Shown here one piece after another: positions 63,275 through 64,000 of a DNA stretch of 64,000 bases. The position numbers and the translations under genes are program-made. Origin of the DNA: Bdellovibrionota bacterium. Lineage in GTDB: Bacteria; Bdellovibrionota_C; UBA2361; JBIKWN01. The notes beneath the pieces were generated by a model that saw nothing but the letters and a program-made list of their open reading frames with translations, searched no databases and was not told the DNA's origin. Position 1 is the stretch's first letter. Each line of letters opens with the position of its first letter. The stretch is from the NCBI GenBank assembly GCA_044356295.1, contig JBIKWN010000003.1:1-64000 (forward strand), given 5' to 3'.

Positions 63275-64000
63275 TGAGTTCCTGGCACCTATTCTTTGCC
63301 AAAGCAGATTCTGAGTCTTTTGATTCTAGTTGAATTGCTTTCTTACAGTACTCGATTGCAGCAGGACGATTTTCGAGTGCGATCATTATCTGAGCTGCAT
63401 GCTCTAAAATAACAATATCTTCAGGAGTATATTTTAACGCTTTTAAAATATTTTCTTTTGCTGACTTGTAATCTAAAAGCTTAAAATCAATCCAGGCTAT
63501 AGTATCAAGAACATAGCCATCTTTTGTTTTAATCTTTAGAGCTGCATTTGCATGCTCCTTTGCTTCTAGTAGAACGACTGGATCTGATGAAGACTGACAA
63601 AGTTCATATGCAAGAAAATTAAGGGCGTCAGCATTGGAGCTGTTTAAAGTAATTGCCTGTCTTAAAACCTCAATTGCGGTTTGATGATCATTTAAGTCAT
63701 GGAGAAGCACCGCATAATCAAAGAGAAGTCTATCGTTCGGTTCTTGCTTCTGAAACAGCTCTTCCAGAACTACTCTTGCTTCCTGTTTTTGGTTATTTTC
63801 ACGGTAAAGAGACGCTACATAGAGTTCCAACTGGGGATTAAAACCTTTCTCATTTCGTAGCTCATTAATAACTTCAATTGCTTTATCTAGTTTTTGAGAA
63901 TTTCTGTAAGAAGTAGCTATAAAAACCTGGGCTTTCTCGTATTGAGGTTGATCAGGTTGAATTCTCTCAACGACTGTAATTGCTTGATCAAGCTTTCCCA
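63267..64000 (-). CDS. TPR-repeat protein (5'-truncated by window edge)
   Basis: Frame open to the window end; ADALNFLAY, GYVLDTIAW, ILEH are typical of TPR proteins upstream of lolB-like genes. Confidence 0.88.
   Translation of the reverse strand, partial: GKLDQAITVVERIQPDQPQYEKAQVFIATSYRNSQKLDKAIEVINELRNEKGFNPQLELYVASLYRENNQKQEARVVLEELFQKQEPNDRLLFDYAVLLHDLNDHQTAIEVLRQAITLNSSNADALNFLAYELCQSSSDPVVLLEAKEHANAALKIKTKDGYVLDTIAWIDFKLLDYKSAKENILKALKYTPEDIVILEHAAQIMIALENRPAAIEYCKKAIQLESKDSESALAKNRCQELND

Overview
AT-rich bacterial chromosomal window, mostly housekeeping. Gene content suggests a Gram-negative lineage of the deltaproteobacterial/Bdellovibrionota type (inference only). Recognisable genes: secA, hemW, pilT/pilU, mfd, surA, phosphomannomutase, kdsB-pyrG-kdsA-lptC-lptA-(HAD)-lptB, pcnB, rpoN-hpf-rapZ, metK, sufBCD with a divergent Rrf2 regulator, sseA-sufE, anmK, trmB, two hybrid histidine kinases and an ABC exporter. 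I found no rRNA, tRNA, CRISPR array or transposase. Best leads: (1) a translationally coupled five-gene operon at 8.8-14.8 kb (MurL-like PP-loop epimerase, DegT-like PLP protein, ATP-grasp ligase, fold-III PLP decarboxylase, L-Ala-D/L-Glu epimerase) that looks like an uncharacterised D-amino-acid/amine peptide pathway; (2) a metK leader with mutually exclusive anti-SD pairings that matches no SAM riboswitch I recognise; (3) a degenerate UvrA-derived ORF; (4) a probable 10.5-kb inversion splitting lptB from rpoN, with a MITE-like element at one breakpoint; (5) a dispersed REP-like palindrome, a recurrent 20-bp IHF-like motif, several apparently leaderless genes and two orphan rod-like hairpins. 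All protein calls come from motif recognition by eye; no database searches were run.
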